From assembly GCA_951406725.2 (NCBI GenBank), contig OX597820.1, forward strand, positions 109,926,001 to 109,990,000: a stretch of 64,000 bases of DNA, in the 5' to 3' direction. The DNA comes from Octopus vulgaris. Its lineage: Eukaryota. Within the stretch, counting starts at the first letter, position 1. Each line of letters begins with the position of its first letter. Position numbers and translations under genes: made by a program. The notes under the pieces are model-generated. The model had not been told where the DNA came from and made no database searches. It worked only from the letters and a program-made list of their open reading frames with translations. Below, piece after piece: positions 62,070 to 64,000 of this stretch.

Positions 62070-63750
62070 GAACAATAAGAAGTGCGCGAATGAACAGTAT
62101 TTCGACACACTGTGTTTTTTTACAAGTTCAAAATGTAAAATTAAATGAAATTCAAAGATAGGAAACACTGAAACATTCAAAATTAAACCAGAATAATAGC
62201 ACTTTCTTTGGTATTTCACAAAAGGTAGCAGAAGGAAGGAAAGAAAGAAAATATAAAGAAAAGAATTGGGGAAAAAAATTATTCAGTCAAAAAGTTTAGT
62301 GTAAGAATGGTGGAATTCACCTGCTATTTTATTAATTCATCCAGGATGAGATATCAACAGTTCACATATCCCCATGGGTTTTGAGGACTGACAGTGCAAT
62401 GGAGCAAGGGCATATTTTGAGAATGTGCACGTTTTTTCAGGTCTTCTTCAAATTTACACCCGTTTGATGTGAAATGCTCTGCAAGTCCCATGGAACCACT
62501 GTTATGTGCCTGACATCATACCTATGTCCATTAAAGCTTTTCTGTCATCGTTCTGTTGTGCAACCAACATAAATCATTTTGTGTTTGGTGCATTCTGCTG
62601 CATACACCAAATGGGAATTCTTACAGGTCCCTCTGTGTTAATCATAACATTTCTGTTATAACTCTTGATGGAATTGGTCTGACTCATGTTATTGCACAAT
62701 GAACAGGGCTTACCTCTCTTATGGGTGTTTTGGAGGGGTGCAGCATTCAGAAACTCCAATGAAGTTTTTATTAGAGGTACTGGTCAATATTTCTCTAATA
62801 TTTCTATTATGCCTAAAGGCTACAATAGGTGGAAGAGGAAATATTTGTCAGAAATGACGATATTTTTCTGAAATATGTTGGTAACTGTCAATGCAACACT
62901 TTTGAAATTCCAGCGAAACTTTGGTGATTAACTAATCACTAAAGGAATTCAGCCATAAGCTCTTTCCTGACTGCTAAAATTAGATGTGAAAGTTTGATTG
63001 TCACTACTAATTTCAGCTGTGTCATTCACAATTTCCTTTAATCATGATTCGCTATAACCACACTTTACATAATGGCACACAAAAGCATTTGCATGTTTCC
63101 AATAATCCCCAATGTTTGTGCAAATACATCTTATCCTCAAAAACTGGGACTTCGGATTTGATTTGACTGTATGATATGGATGATCAGAGCAGCAGTGGAG
63201 ATAAATATGGGTTGACATGAGTTTGCAAAATAATTCTGTGACTATTCAGCCTTCTGAAAAGCTCAACGTGAATTTTATTTTGGACTTAAAGCCATAGTCT
63301 TCTGTGAAGAAGTCACAGAAATATAAAAATTTGACTGAACTATCCTGTATTCCTTCCCAGACAAAAAAGATATCAAAGATATATTTGTGAACTGTTGATA
63401 TCTCAGCCTGGATGAATTAATAAAATAGCAGGTGAATGCCACCATTCTTACACTAAACTTTTTGACTGAATAATTTTTTTCCCCAATTCTTTTCTTTCTT
63501 TATATTTTCTCTCTTTCCTTCCATCTGCTACCTTTTGTGAAAGACTGAACATTGATGATGTTTTACTTGGAAAGAAACACAGTTATTCCTGTTTAATTTT
63601 GAATGTTTCAGCATTTCCTATCTTTGAATTTCATTTAATTTTATATTTTAAACTTTAAAGTCTCAGTGTGTCAAAATATTGTTCATTCATTTCATTTTAA
63701 TAAAGAGTATCAGTCTTTAATAAAGAGTATCAGTTGCACTCTTGTTATTG
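62070..63750 (-). mobile_element. 5'-truncated Penelope-like element with ~300-bp inverted terminal repeats
   Basis: The minus strand encodes YIFDIFFVW, HIYLH..SDHP..KSQFLRIR.IC, PPIVAFRHNRNIREIL and GIY-YIG TCKNSHLVYAAEC..IYVGCT..FNGHR. 62070-62365 is inverted at 63387-63750. Confidence 0.85.
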
Positions 63751-63770
63751 TTTTATTATTATTAATTATT

Positions 63771-64000
63771 AATATATAAAGGACTGAGGTAACTCCTCCA
63801 GAAGATATAGAGTGAAAATGAAAGGAAGTGCCATTGTCATCTAGTGAACGATATTTCAACATCTCGTGTGGCTTCAACAGGTTCAAAAAATAATTTTGTC
63901 AATCTATTTCATTTTGGTTAATATATAAAGGATTGAGGTAACTCCTCCAGAAGATATATATATAAATTTTGACTCTTCTGGAGGAGTTACCTGAATCCTT
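63771..64000 (-). mobile_element. Small pLTR/retrozyme-like repeat with a mutated hammerhead motif (63845-63885)
   Basis: Direct repeat 63771-63809/63920-63958 and an inverted copy at 63974-64000. The minus strand reads tgaac-CTGTTGA-agc..gtt-GAAA-ta-TC-gttca. Confidence 0.55.

Noticed and set aside
62900-63100. Possible THAP domain / DNA transposase between the inverted repeats
   Set aside because: The CVPLCK-like reading is off-frame; the consistent frame matches the Penelope RT thumb and GIY-YIG.

Overview
AT-rich, microsatellite- and transposon-dense animal genomic DNA. The SINE, RTE and Penelope repertoire looks like an octopus (coleoid cephalopod) genome; this is inferred from recognition, not from a search. 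The window lies inside one large + strand gene, a PDE10A-like GAF-domain cyclic nucleotide phosphodiesterase. Four GT-AG exons (4172-4311, 23612-23698, 33631-33781, 54406-54561) join in frame into 178 aa covering the end of GAF-B and the start of the catalytic domain (YHN..H and HDLDHRG..N). The introns (19.3, 9.9 and 20.6 kb) are filled with decayed elements: R4/Dong-type RLE LINEs in (TAA)n tracts plus a ~555-bp non-coding companion repeat, RTE LINEs with 67-bp 3'UTR arrays, Gypsy LTR elements and a solo LTR, Penelope-like elements with inverted ends and hammerhead motifs, Helitron/Helentron remnants and tRNA-SINEs. The most notable observations are a hammerhead-like fold with a swapped G3-C8 core, a Gypsy element whose primer-binding position is complementary to its own LTR, inverted RTE copies bracketing a catalytic exon, and splice acceptors built on microsatellite tails. 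Almost all listed ORFs are microsatellite artefacts or TE fragments. TE boundaries are approximate unless termini are quoted.
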